A DNA stretch of 64,000 nucleotides, taken from an uncultured Candidatus Poseidoniales archaeon (lineage in GTDB: Archaea > Thermoplasmatota > Poseidoniia > Poseidoniales > Thalassarchaeaceae). The stretch is from assembly GCA_964342465.1 (NCBI GenBank), contig CAYFFQ010000001.1, positions 279,691-343,690 of the forward strand, in the 5' to 3' direction. The notes below the pieces were generated by a model. That model was not told the origin of the DNA. It was given only the letters and a program-made list of their open reading frames with translations, and made no database searches. Numbering within the stretch: position 1 is the first letter of the stretch; each line of letters begins with the position of its first letter. Shown piece by piece: positions 55,608-63,891 of the stretch. The position numbers were made by a program, and so were the translations under genes.

Positions 55608-58600
55608 TTGAGAGTGGACAAGAGGAACAATTGTCTTCCTCTCTTCATCTTCCTTCTTTTCGTTATCTCGTCACTCACCCCCCTCATGGAGTTCACCGCC
55701 TCCACCGTATCTGCTAGTGGCGGCGGTCGTCATGTCTACACATTCAGTGATGGCTCCACCGAAGCCATCGCCCTCTATCACAGTGGCCAAAAGGCTACCA
55801 ACATCAAGGTGTCCCTGCCGAAAGGAGCTGAAGTCACGGATGTCGAGATGACTCTTTCGGGCGCTTCTTCGACTGGTTGGAATCAGATCAACCACAACCT
55901 CCGTCCAGATTGGATGGCCGGCGAAGCGCAAGGCACTGACACCCGCTCTGATGACATCTCTCTCGGCTTTACATCCTCAACCCTCAATTTTTCCACCCAC
56001 GGAATGGGTGAGGAATCAGCGTCTGGCACGGCTTGGAGGGACAACGGTTCATTCAGCATACGCCAACCCCATCAGTCCAACGCCTCGGAGACTAGGTTCA
56101 ATCCACAGAGAACCTCGACCTCTCCGTTCTCAAATCAAGGAGCGGGGGCCACCCTGAACTACCGTGGTTGGACCTATGTGTCGACATTTTCCTCCCAGAA
56201 TCTGAACCAACTGGTGAAAAAGACCTATCCGAACAATCTATCGACAGCCTCAACAGTTGTTTTCGAGGAGGGAACTTGCAACATCCCTGCACCAACCGGC
56301 AATCAGTGGTCAGCCTACTATGGATTCAGAGATTGGACCATCGGCGATGACGAGAGGATGTACGGTATTCTTGGCCTTAACCGCCAGAGCGCCGGGGTGA
56401 ACGACCTTGTAATGGTGGTCATGGATGTGCGCTACGAAGATGTCTGGACTTGCATCAACACCTACGACATCTCGGTCAATTCTTTCGGGCCATATACCGG
56501 TATTTCCTACGACAGAAGTAGGGATTTAGTCTGGGTTCTTCACTCTGTTCGGAGTTCTATCCTACCCTACACTTTCAACGACGACGGCACATTTGAGAGG
56601 GATTCATCCCTGCAATACTCATTCTTCACGAGTTATAGTGAGGTGAATGGGCTGGTCGCTCACAACAACCTCTTCTTCTTCCGCAGTAAGGCAAGTTGGA
56701 GTCAGGACCGTCTGGAAGCGTATGCCATCAGCGGGACCTCCACAACCCTCGCAAAACAGACCGGTGAACGCACCATCAGTGCCACCGGTTTCGGCCTCTA
56801 CTACGACGGCAAACGCCTCTCTCTGATTGACCACTATCAGTGGTCGGCGAGATACTTTCGGGAATATGGAAGTGGCTGGGCCTACCCGATTTCAGCCCAG
56901 CCGGGGACTTCAACATGGATTTCCGAGCCGATTGATACACAATCCGATGTGGTTGCCGCCAACATCGGAACCGAATGGAGCGCCAGTTCTGCTGGTGACA
57001 GAGTCGATTACTGGGTCAGTGCTGACAACGGAACACATTGGGTTTCGGTGACCAACAATGAGACAGTCCACTTCGTTAATTCAGGGAATCAACTCCGTTG
57101 GAAACTGCAGTTGGTCGGTGGCACTGCGGTTTCTTGGTGGGTTTCAATGGAGTACTCCACCGACTATGCTGCCACAGGCACTTGGACATCACCGATAATT
57201 CCCACAGGAACACAGGTAGGAACTCTGAAGCCAGCATGGAGTTCCACCACTCCCGCTGGCACATCATTGGATGTCGAAGTCAGTAATGACAATGGTACAA
57301 ATTGGCATACAGCAAGCAACAATCAGATGATAGAGTTGCAGACTCAAGGGGCGCAACTGAAATATCGCCTGACCATGGCGAGTCAGAATTCCGACATCAC
57401 ACCCCTTCTCCACTCTTTCACTCTCGACTATGAAGAAGGATACCCCACCGCGGTCCGACTGGATATCGGAAATGACAATGTCAATGATTACATCGGTTCT
57501 GGTCTGTTGAACTCGCCTGTTGACATCAGTGGGCCGGAACTCGTCAACGCCTTCAATGCGCACATCATCGACAACGGTGTCGGAGTCTCCAACATCACAC
57601 TCGCACTCTCTGCCGGTTCTCCCGGCAGGATAAAAGTCTCCAATCTCGACATCACATACCGTCTCAACACGAGAGTCTTGGATGTTTCAATCGAAGGGGA
57701 CATGTTGGTTCCAGACGGTGAAAACCGCGTGATGCAGGTGCGGGTCGCCGAAGGGGATGAGGCCGACAGAATCGTACAGGTGCAGGTTGAACTGTTGGCT
57801 GATAACTTCAACAACTCAGTGCTTCAGTGGCAGAGTGGCAATTCCTGCGACCTAGTCAGTGACAGTGACAACCTCATCATTTTTGATGCTGGAAACTGCT
57901 CTTCATCGGTGGGGCAAGATGGTTTTCTCTCTCTCCATCTCCCCATACAATCCACTTGGGAATGGAATGACCAGAACGAGGTCGAGGCGGCCATCACGGT
58001 CGATGACGACCTCGGACGACAGGTGAACGGCTGGCAGACCACCGACATGAATGTCAGGGTTGAGAATGATATCTTACTCACCGACTTGGGTGTCGTTGAC
58101 GAGACTGGTCGGGTTCTCCAATCGTCAGACTGGGTCAGAGGTGGTATGACCCTCACATTCTCCGGCGGAATCTACTTTGAAGGAACGACATACACTCCGA
58201 AGGCCGGCCAGTTCAACATTGAACTGACCGGCCAGAACCTCACCATCAATGGTGACCCTGAGGAACCAGAGAAACAGTTCCACATCGAACCGAATCCGAG
58301 CCACGGTGCCTACTCCTTTACCATTGTATCACCTATTGAATCATCACAAGGTGGAATGCTTTTCCGCGTGAAGGCAGTGGCGATGCAGAACGATTCTCTC
58401 TATGTAAATCCGGAGTTCAACTCGGTGAGAATCGTCCTCGACGGCAACAGTCCACTGGTAGTCGATGCCGACCCCGTAGACGGCTCAGAGAGGCACAAAG
58501 GAAACCCGAATCAACCAATTCGCATTGTGGTGCAGGATTCGGTAGACCCCCCTACCCTGTTGACCCTTCACTACTGGCGTCAAGGTCAGGACGACCTGAA

Positions 58601-61259
58601 TTACGACCAGATTCCCGATGAGAATGAATATGTCACAATGTCGCTGAGGACCCCCGAACTCCAGCCAGGAGGTATCAACATCTTCGAGGGTTTGATTACT
58701 GATTCGATGAACAAACACGGCGAACGGGTCTCCTTCTATCTCACCGGCGCAGACGAACAGGGAAATGAACTGGCCATGGGTGGGGGTGCGGTATGTCCGA
58801 GCGACGCTGCTCCGTGCGGGAACCTTCCAAGCCAAACGCTGCCCGACTGGGATGCAGATTTGGTGACCTACCGAATACGAGAGGAATTTGAACCAGAATT
58901 GGTGTTGGATGGCAACACCACCATCGTTGGGCACGATGATTCTGCACCGTTGCACCCCGGTATGACCTACAAGGCGAACCTCAGAGTCTGGGATAACAAC
59001 GGCTGGACCGATATTGAGAACATCAAGATATCACTCGGGGGCTCGTTCGATGACAATGATTCAGCAATCTGGGCCAACTTCACCAAGTTGGCGAATGGCT
59101 CATTGTCGATGTATCTTGAATCTGGGAGTTCTGGTCTCGCCGTCTCGAATCTCTACAGTTCGTTCTCGATAGTGAATGATACTGCCATCGACCTCTCCAT
59201 CAATTTCCAACTCACTTGGCTCTTTCCGGAGGAGTGGGACACAGACGGCGAAGAGACATTCATCCCCGTGATAGAGGTGTTGGATTGGCCGTGTCACGAC
59301 GGCTCAACCCTACCCTGTTTTGAACATCGCGGGGGGTTGGGTAATGACCGCTGGAGCCTAGACAACGACCTCCGTTTCGACATGGCTCCCGGCCATTTCA
59401 CCGCCATCGACCTCGCCACCGGCAGGAATCTCTACACCGGTGGAGATGAGCAGGCGACTATCGCTGCCGGACAGGTCGTCAGAGTGAATGGGCGGATTCT
59501 GTTCAGTGAGGATGAGACTCCCGCCCCAGAAGGTGCTTTCGACATAGTGGTCGGAAACCTCGAACTTGAATGGCGGGCAGTGCCGAGAGAAGGAGGCGAG
59601 TTCACCAGCGATATTCTCGTACCCAACGTCAGAAGCGGACACCTCGACATGATTGCTTGGCTCGAAGAACTGCCCGGACTCGCTTCTGACGAGACCGAAG
59701 AGGCGCCAAGAATCCTGTTGGAGGTGGATGGGGTCTCACCTCAGATAAATGCCATTTCCCCATCGGGTGATATCACCATAGACGGAGCGTCAGCGATTGA
59801 TGTCTTCGTCAATTCGAGCGACGACCACGGATTTATCCCCCAGAGAACGGCAGTTCTCCATTACAAGGTGAAGGCGGGGGAGTCGGAGGTTTCGCGCGGT
59901 TCACAGGAACTTGGAACTCTCCTCGAGGCGTATGGATATGGGCATTGGACGGGTAGTGTCGACCTCACCGATGGCGGTGTCACTGAACTCCTACCGGGTT
60001 ATACAGTGGATGTCTGGGTGACTGGTGCAGATGCCGCCGGTAATCCCTATGTCTCAGAAAACAACACCGAACACGCCCCCCTCACGGTGTGGAGAATCAT
60101 CAGGGTTGGTCCTACAGTGACTCTCACTTCCCTCGATGTTCGCTGGTCTGACGCAACACCCGAATCGGGTGATAATGTTACACTGCACATCTCCGGTGTG
60201 AATGAGAACAGCGAGGAGGGTTCTTTGACTTTCCAATTACAACAGAAGACGAAGGATGGAGATTGGGTTGATGTTCAAGATGGTTCAACAGATTCTTTGT
60301 TGAGACCTGAGGGTGAATTTATCGCCGACATCACGATTGCCACCAACGAAGTCGATGAGGAGACAGTCGAGAGGTATCGATTGGTGGTCAAGGATGGGCA
60401 TGTGATTCTTGACCGAATGTCTCTCGACCCCTTGATTCTACAGCCGCCCATCGCTAGAGATGGGGCCGCCATCAGCGAACAGTTCACAGAGAGAACGGGA
60501 ACGGTTCTGCTCTATCTAGCATTGATGGTGGCCCTCATTGCAATCGTTATTCTTGTCGTCATGAACAGACAGTTGACAGCGCTTGAAATCGACTTGGATG
60601 AAGATGACCATACTGCACAGTTGGCATTAGAGATGGAGCCACCACCGCCGACGGGATTTGACCCCAACTCAGCCCCGCCGCCCGCTGGTTTCGACCCCAA
60701 TGCCCCCCAACCCACCTTCATAGCAGGCGTTGGGGCCGCGAGTTCTCAGGCGACGGACTCAGCGGCGCTAGGACTACATCCTCCAGCAGAAGAGAGAGCA
60801 AATGTCCATCAGACCCATTCATCAGTTCAATCAGCCCAATGGACAGATGAGATGCTGCTGGGGCAGGGTTGGACTCAATGGCAGATAGACACATGGAGGG
60901 CTGGACAAGAGGGGACCTCTTCTCCAACAGGTGGCGACAGCCCGCTTACTACTTCCTCAGCAGTCGTGACTGGCGACCCCTCGCTAGGAGCAGCCACTCA
61001 AGACATCGGCGCGGGGAGCGGAGCGGCCATCTCCACCACAGGAGGTGCCGATGAGCCAGCCTCGCAAGAGTTGCCCGCCAACCATCCCGCTGCCGGATTC
61101 AATTTCAGCGACTCGGTGGTTGATTCAGTCATGTCGGAACACGGCATCACCGACAGGCAAGCCTTCCTCACACATGCGATAGAATTTGACTTCGATGGCA
61201 ACAACTATCTGAACCACAAGGAACTGCAAGAGGCGGCAAAATCGTTCACTAAGAAGTGA
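55608..61259 (+). CDS. giant surface protein, TM-anchored, ~230-aa cytoplasmic tail with Pro-rich repeats and an EF-hand-like loop
   Basis: The ORF is open from 55494. The probable start is TTG 55608 (GGAGG at 55596-55600, 7-nt spacer), giving MRVDKRNNCLPLFIFLLFVISSLTPLMEFTASTVSA. GTG 55614 is the alternative. TM VLLYLALMVALIAIVILVVM (~60501-60565). EF-hand-like DFDGNNYLNHKE (61188-61223). Confidence 0.85.
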   Translation: MRVDKRNNCLPLFIFLLFVISSLTPLMEFTASTVSASGGGRHVYTFSDGSTEAIALYHSGQKATNIKVSLPKGAEVTDVEMTLSGASSTGWNQINHNLRPDWMAGEAQGTDTRSDDISLGFTSSTLNFSTHGMGEESASGTAWRDNGSFSIRQPHQSNASETRFNPQRTSTSPFSNQGAGATLNYRGWTYVSTFSSQNLNQLVKKTYPNNLSTASTVVFEEGTCNIPAPTGNQWSAYYGFRDWTIGDDERMYGILGLNRQSAGVNDLVMVVMDVRYEDVWTCINTYDISVNSFGPYTGISYDRSRDLVWVLHSVRSSILPYTFNDDGTFERDSSLQYSFFTSYSEVNGLVAHNNLFFFRSKASWSQDRLEAYAISGTSTTLAKQTGERTISATGFGLYYDGKRLSLIDHYQWSARYFREYGSGWAYPISAQPGTSTWISEPIDTQSDVVAANIGTEWSASSAGDRVDYWVSADNGTHWVSVTNNETVHFVNSGNQLRWKLQLVGGTAVSWWVSMEYSTDYAATGTWTSPIIPTGTQVGTLKPAWSSTTPAGTSLDVEVSNDNGTNWHTASNNQMIELQTQGAQLKYRLTMASQNSDITPLLHSFTLDYEEGYPTAVRLDIGNDNVNDYIGSGLLNSPVDISGPELVNAFNAHIIDNGVGVSNITLALSAGSPGRIKVSNLDITYRLNTRVLDVSIEGDMLVPDGENRVMQVRVAEGDEADRIVQVQVELLADNFNNSVLQWQSGNSCDLVSDSDNLIIFDAGNCSSSVGQDGFLSLHLPIQSTWEWNDQNEVEAAITVDDDLGRQVNGWQTTDMNVRVENDILLTDLGVVDETGRVLQSSDWVRGGMTLTFSGGIYFEGTTYTPKAGQFNIELTGQNLTINGDPEEPEKQFHIEPNPSHGAYSFTIVSPIESSQGGMLFRVKAVAMQNDSLYVNPEFNSVRIVLDGNSPLVVDADPVDGSERHKGNPNQPIRIVVQDSVDPPTLLTLHYWRQGQDDLNYDQIPDENEYVTMSLRTPELQPGGINIFEGLITDSMNKHGERVSFYLTGADEQGNELAMGGGAVCPSDAAPCGNLPSQTLPDWDADLVTYRIREEFEPELVLDGNTTIVGHDDSAPLHPGMTYKANLRVWDNNGWTDIENIKISLGGSFDDNDSAIWANFTKLANGSLSMYLESGSSGLAVSNLYSSFSIVNDTAIDLSINFQLTWLFPEEWDTDGEETFIPVIEVLDWPCHDGSTLPCFEHRGGLGNDRWSLDNDLRFDMAPGHFTAIDLATGRNLYTGGDEQATIAAGQVVRVNGRILFSEDETPAPEGAFDIVVGNLELEWRAVPREGGEFTSDILVPNVRSGHLDMIAWLEELPGLASDETEEAPRILLEVDGVSPQINAISPSGDITIDGASAIDVFVNSSDDHGFIPQRTAVLHYKVKAGESEVSRGSQELGTLLEAYGYGHWTGSVDLTDGGVTELLPGYTVDVWVTGADAAGNPYVSENNTEHAPLTVWRIIRVGPTVTLTSLDVRWSDATPESGDNVTLHISGVNENSEEGSLTFQLQQKTKDGDWVDVQDGSTDSLLRPEGEFIADITIATNEVDEETVERYRLVVKDGHVILDRMSLDPLILQPPIARDGAAISEQFTERTGTVLLYLALMVALIAIVILVVMNRQLTALEIDLDEDDHTAQLALEMEPPPPTGFDPNSAPPPAGFDPNAPQPTFIAGVGAASSQATDSAALGLHPPAEERANVHQTHSSVQSAQWTDEMLLGQGWTQWQIDTWRAGQEGTSSPTGGDSPLTTSSAVVTGDPSLGAATQDIGAGSGAAISTTGGADEPASQELPANHPAAGFNFSDSVVDSVMSEHGITDRQAFLTHAIEFDFDGNNYLNHKELQEAAKSFTKK

Positions 61260-61358
61260 GTGGGTCAGCCCCTATCCCAACGGCCGAGGCTCAAAAGGAG
61301 CCTATCCTTCTATTGCCACCTCCATGTAGCCCACAACTCACTGGATACTCTCTACCTT

Positions 61359-61552
61359 GGTGGTCGGCGAGGAGTCTGCATCCGGCGTAGTTACCCCTCA
61401 TGGTGGTCAGTTAGAAGTCTCGATGACCGGATATTTTCCCTCATGGTCGCCGGCAAGGAGTCCGCATCCGGCGTAGTTACCCCTTGTGGTGGTCAGTTAG
61501 AAGTCTCGATGACCGGATATTTTCCCTCATGGTGGCCGGCAAGGAGTCTGCC
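61359..61552. repeat. 86-bp tandem repeat, ~2.25 copies, each unit an older 43-bp duplication
   Basis: Copies are at 61359-61444, 61445-61530 and a partial one at 61531-~61552. Each 86-bp unit consists of two 43-nt halves that both start GGTGGTC and end CCCTCAT. Confidence 0.85.
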
Positions 61553-61583
61553 CACCCCATGTCTCCTTGAGAATGCGTGGCGC

Positions 61584-61760
61584 GGTGTCACTCCACCCAA
61601 TATCCTTCGCCCAGCCCGACCCGCTGTGCCTTGCTACTCGCCGCCCCCATTACGGTGTCACTCCACCCAATATCCTTCGGCCAGCCCGACCCGCTGTGCC
61701 TTGCTGCTCGCCGCCCCCATTCCGGTGTCACTCCACCCAATATCCTTCGCCTAGCCCGAC
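61584..61760. repeat. 70-bp tandem repeat, ~2.5 copies
   Basis: GGTGTCACTCCACCCAATATCCTTCG.. starts at 61584, 61654 and 61724. The first two units are near-identical over 70 bp. Confidence 0.85.
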
Positions 61761-61769
61761 TGGTCGGGC
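61754..61769. terminator. hairpin GCCCGAC-TG-GTCGGGC at the end of the 70-bp array
   Basis: 7-bp perfect arms, 33 nt downstream of the stop (61802) of the minus-strand gene 61802..62149. In the earlier repeat units GCCCGAC is followed by CCGCTGT instead, so the palindrome is unique to the last unit. Confidence 0.3.
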
Positions 61770-61801
61770 AATCCACCGCCCCCACAGAGAGCCCCTTCGC
61801 C

Positions 61802-62149
61802 TCATGCGACATTCTGACTGGCGACCGAAAGCATCGCATTCTGATAGGCATCAAAGAGGGACCAGAGCCAGAGAAGGGGCCACAGTAGGCAGAAGAGCAA
61901 CGGAATCTGTAGGGCAAACCAATCGAACGCCTTGCCGTGTTGCCGGTTGAAATGTTGGCCTAGGAATAGGAAGGGAACAACCGCCAATGCCGTAGCAATG
62001 AGAGGCCTGAGCGCACCCCACGGCCCGACACCTCCGGTGATTTCACTGATTACCACCATGACTACATGGAACGGGGTCGCCAAACGGGATGAATTCTCCA
62101 ACCTCTCGCGCAGACGCTCGCCAACACGGTCTGAGAATCCACCACTCAC
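61802..62149 (-). CDS. small membrane protein (3 TM), hypothetical
   Basis: 115 aa, GTG start. Hydrophobic helices FHVVMVVISEITGGVGPW, LIATALAVVPFLFLG and IPLLFCLLWPLLWLWSLF. No recognisable family. Confidence 0.5.
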   Translation of the reverse strand: MSGGFSDRVGERLRERLENSSRLATPFHVVMVVISEITGGVGPWGALRPLIATALAVVPFLFLGQHFNRQHGKAFDWFALQIPLLFCLLWPLLWLWSLFDAYQNAMLSVASQNVA

Positions 62150-62203
62150 ATACCCCCCGTCGGTGTTCGTATATTTTGAGTCACACGGTCGTAGGTGTTG
62201 GAA

Positions 62204-62755
62204 TCAGGCTAATTGGTTGTAATCGTCATCCTTGTCGATGAGTCTGAACCAGTACAGTGAGAGCAGGAGCAGAGCCAATGCGACAGCATAGATGACGAGA
62301 TGGAACTCCAGACCTACTCGAGTCGTCAGTCCTGAGTGTGAAACAGAGATTCTCCAGCCAGCGATGAAGGAGAGGGCAGAGGCGATGGCGAGTGTGTAAG
62401 CCCTCCGGATGCGCGCTCCCCTCGATTGCTCGGCGAACTCCTTCGGGCCGATGCTCATCCGCAACACCATCCTCAACCAGAGGGGCAGAAGCCGTTTGAA
62501 ATCGTTGAGAGATTGGGAACATAGCCAGAGGAGCAGGCCACAGGATAAGAGAAGGAAATCGCCATCTGCCAATCGCCATTCACTGGGTGAGATTCCGGTG
62601 GTTATTTTGAAGAATTCAAGGATGAAACAGATGAATCCTATGGCGTAAACCATCGCATCCGCCAACAGGAGACCGTTGTTGGCGACTGCTTCACCTCCGA
62701 CACTGTGGAATCTCTCTCGTGATTGTCTTAGCGACAACTCCTCGATGTCTTCCAT
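62204..62755 (-). CDS. membrane protein (4 TM), hypothetical
   Basis: 183 aa, ATG start. Four hydrophobic segments. Divergent from the Pcp-Nudix gene across a 77-nt gap. Confidence 0.5.
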   Translation of the reverse strand: MEDIEELSLRQSRERFHSVGGEAVANNGLLLADAMVYAIGFICFILEFFKITTGISPSEWRLADGDFLLLSCGLLLWLCSQSLNDFKRLLPLWLRMVLRMSIGPKEFAEQSRGARIRRAYTLAIASALSFIAGWRISVSHSGLTTRVGLEFHLVIYAVALALLLLSLYWFRLIDKDDDYNQLA

Positions 62756-62832
62756 CGTAGTGGCGGCGACCTTCTGTGCAATAATTCATGTCCCTTCGCC
62801 ACCGCCGCAGTGTCGGGTTTGAGGGGAAGCAG

Positions 62833-63891
62833 ATGGCCGTCGAGATTCTTCTCACCGGATTCGAAGCCTTCGGTGGGGCAGAGACAAACATCAGCGAAAC
62901 CATAGCCAATCGCCTCGATGGAATAACCAAATTGGTTCGACTCGCTGATGAAACGGGTCCTATGTCAGCACCGGAGAGGGAGTTGGAGATTACCATCGAA
63001 TCGCACATTCTTTCAGTCGATGAGGCTGGAAGTGAGAAAGTATCCGAACTTCTGAGAGGCACCTTGCGCACAAACCCTCAGGTGGTTGTGTTGCTCGGAA
63101 TGTCATCTCGAAGCGGAAGCATCCGCATAGAAGAGGTGTCTTACAACGAACAGAATTTCTCCTTTCCGGACAATTCGGGGCGGAAACTCGTCGACTCCTT
63201 CATCAGTGACAGCGGTCACAGCGTCCTCCACTCTACAGCACCAATCAATCTCCTCAAAGAGGAACTACGACAGGAAGAGAATCTCACATTCAGCAGCGAC
63301 CCAGGCCGATTCGTCTGTAACGAGACCTATTTCAGAACCATCTCAGCAGTTGAAGAACTCGGCTTGCGGGAGCGACATGGAAGAGCTTTGCCGGTTATAT
63401 TCGTACACATCGACGAGTCAGGAATAGACGTGGATGAAGCGAGTGAGCAGATACTCAGAATCGCCGCCATCTGCGCCCAACGGCCGCAGATGCAGGTCGT
63501 CGGTGGGATGCTCCGTGATGGTGGAGGCAGACTGCACGCCGCCCGCAGAGCAGAGGGAGAATACATGGCCGGCTACTGGGAGTTCCCTGGTGGGAAGGTC
63601 GAGAGGGGGGAGAGCAGGCGGGAGGCGCTGATACGAGAATACAAGGAGGAGTTCTCTTGGGACATCACCCCCCTACATATCTGCGAGGAATACTCACATG
63701 CTTGGCCTGAGATGGAGGTTCATCTCACTTTTTTCCACTGTCAATATGATGGAGAATTGCCGCCAGCGGTGATGACTTCACATGATGAGAGCCGCTGGCT
63801 GGCTGAAGAAGAACTGATTTCGGTTGATTGGCTGCCACCCGATGTCAAGTTCATCGAACGACTGATTGAGAAAGGGGTCGCCAACCTGTGA
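62833..63891 (+). CDS. fusion protein: pyroglutamyl-peptidase I (C15)-like N-domain + Nudix (MutT-like) C-domain
   Basis: The Pcp-like part has MAVEILLTGFEAFGG, catalytic-Cys context GRFVCNETYF (Cys codon 63316-63318) and VIFVHID. The Nudix box is GKVERGESRREALIREYKEEFSW (63592-63660, G.5E.7REU.EE.GU). One uninterrupted frame; the ORF is open from ATG 62788, with the likely start at ATG 62833. Confidence 0.75.
   Translation: MAVEILLTGFEAFGGAETNISETIANRLDGITKLVRLADETGPMSAPERELEITIESHILSVDEAGSEKVSELLRGTLRTNPQVVVLLGMSSRSGSIRIEEVSYNEQNFSFPDNSGRKLVDSFISDSGHSVLHSTAPINLLKEELRQEENLTFSSDPGRFVCNETYFRTISAVEELGLRERHGRALPVIFVHIDESGIDVDEASEQILRIAAICAQRPQMQVVGGMLRDGGGRLHAARRAEGEYMAGYWEFPGGKVERGESRREALIREYKEEFSWDITPLHICEEYSHAWPEMEVHLTFFHCQYDGELPPAVMTSHDESRWLAEEELISVDWLPPDVKFIERLIEKGVANL

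Noticed and set aside
26327-61259. Diversity-generating retroelement or other targeted hypervariation system acting on the giant surface proteins.
   Set aside because: There is no reverse transcriptase ORF, and I noticed no template/variable repeat pair. The nucleotide-level repeats found are intergenic, not within the C-terminal regions of the giants.
61260-61950. ORFs 61260..61754, 61567..61950, 61577..61888 (+) and 61588..61917 (-), with Pro/Arg/Ser-rich products.
   Set aside because: They are translations of the 86-bp and 70-bp tandem repeats, with overlapping open frames and repeat-derived periodic peptides. No start context or family-like sequence.
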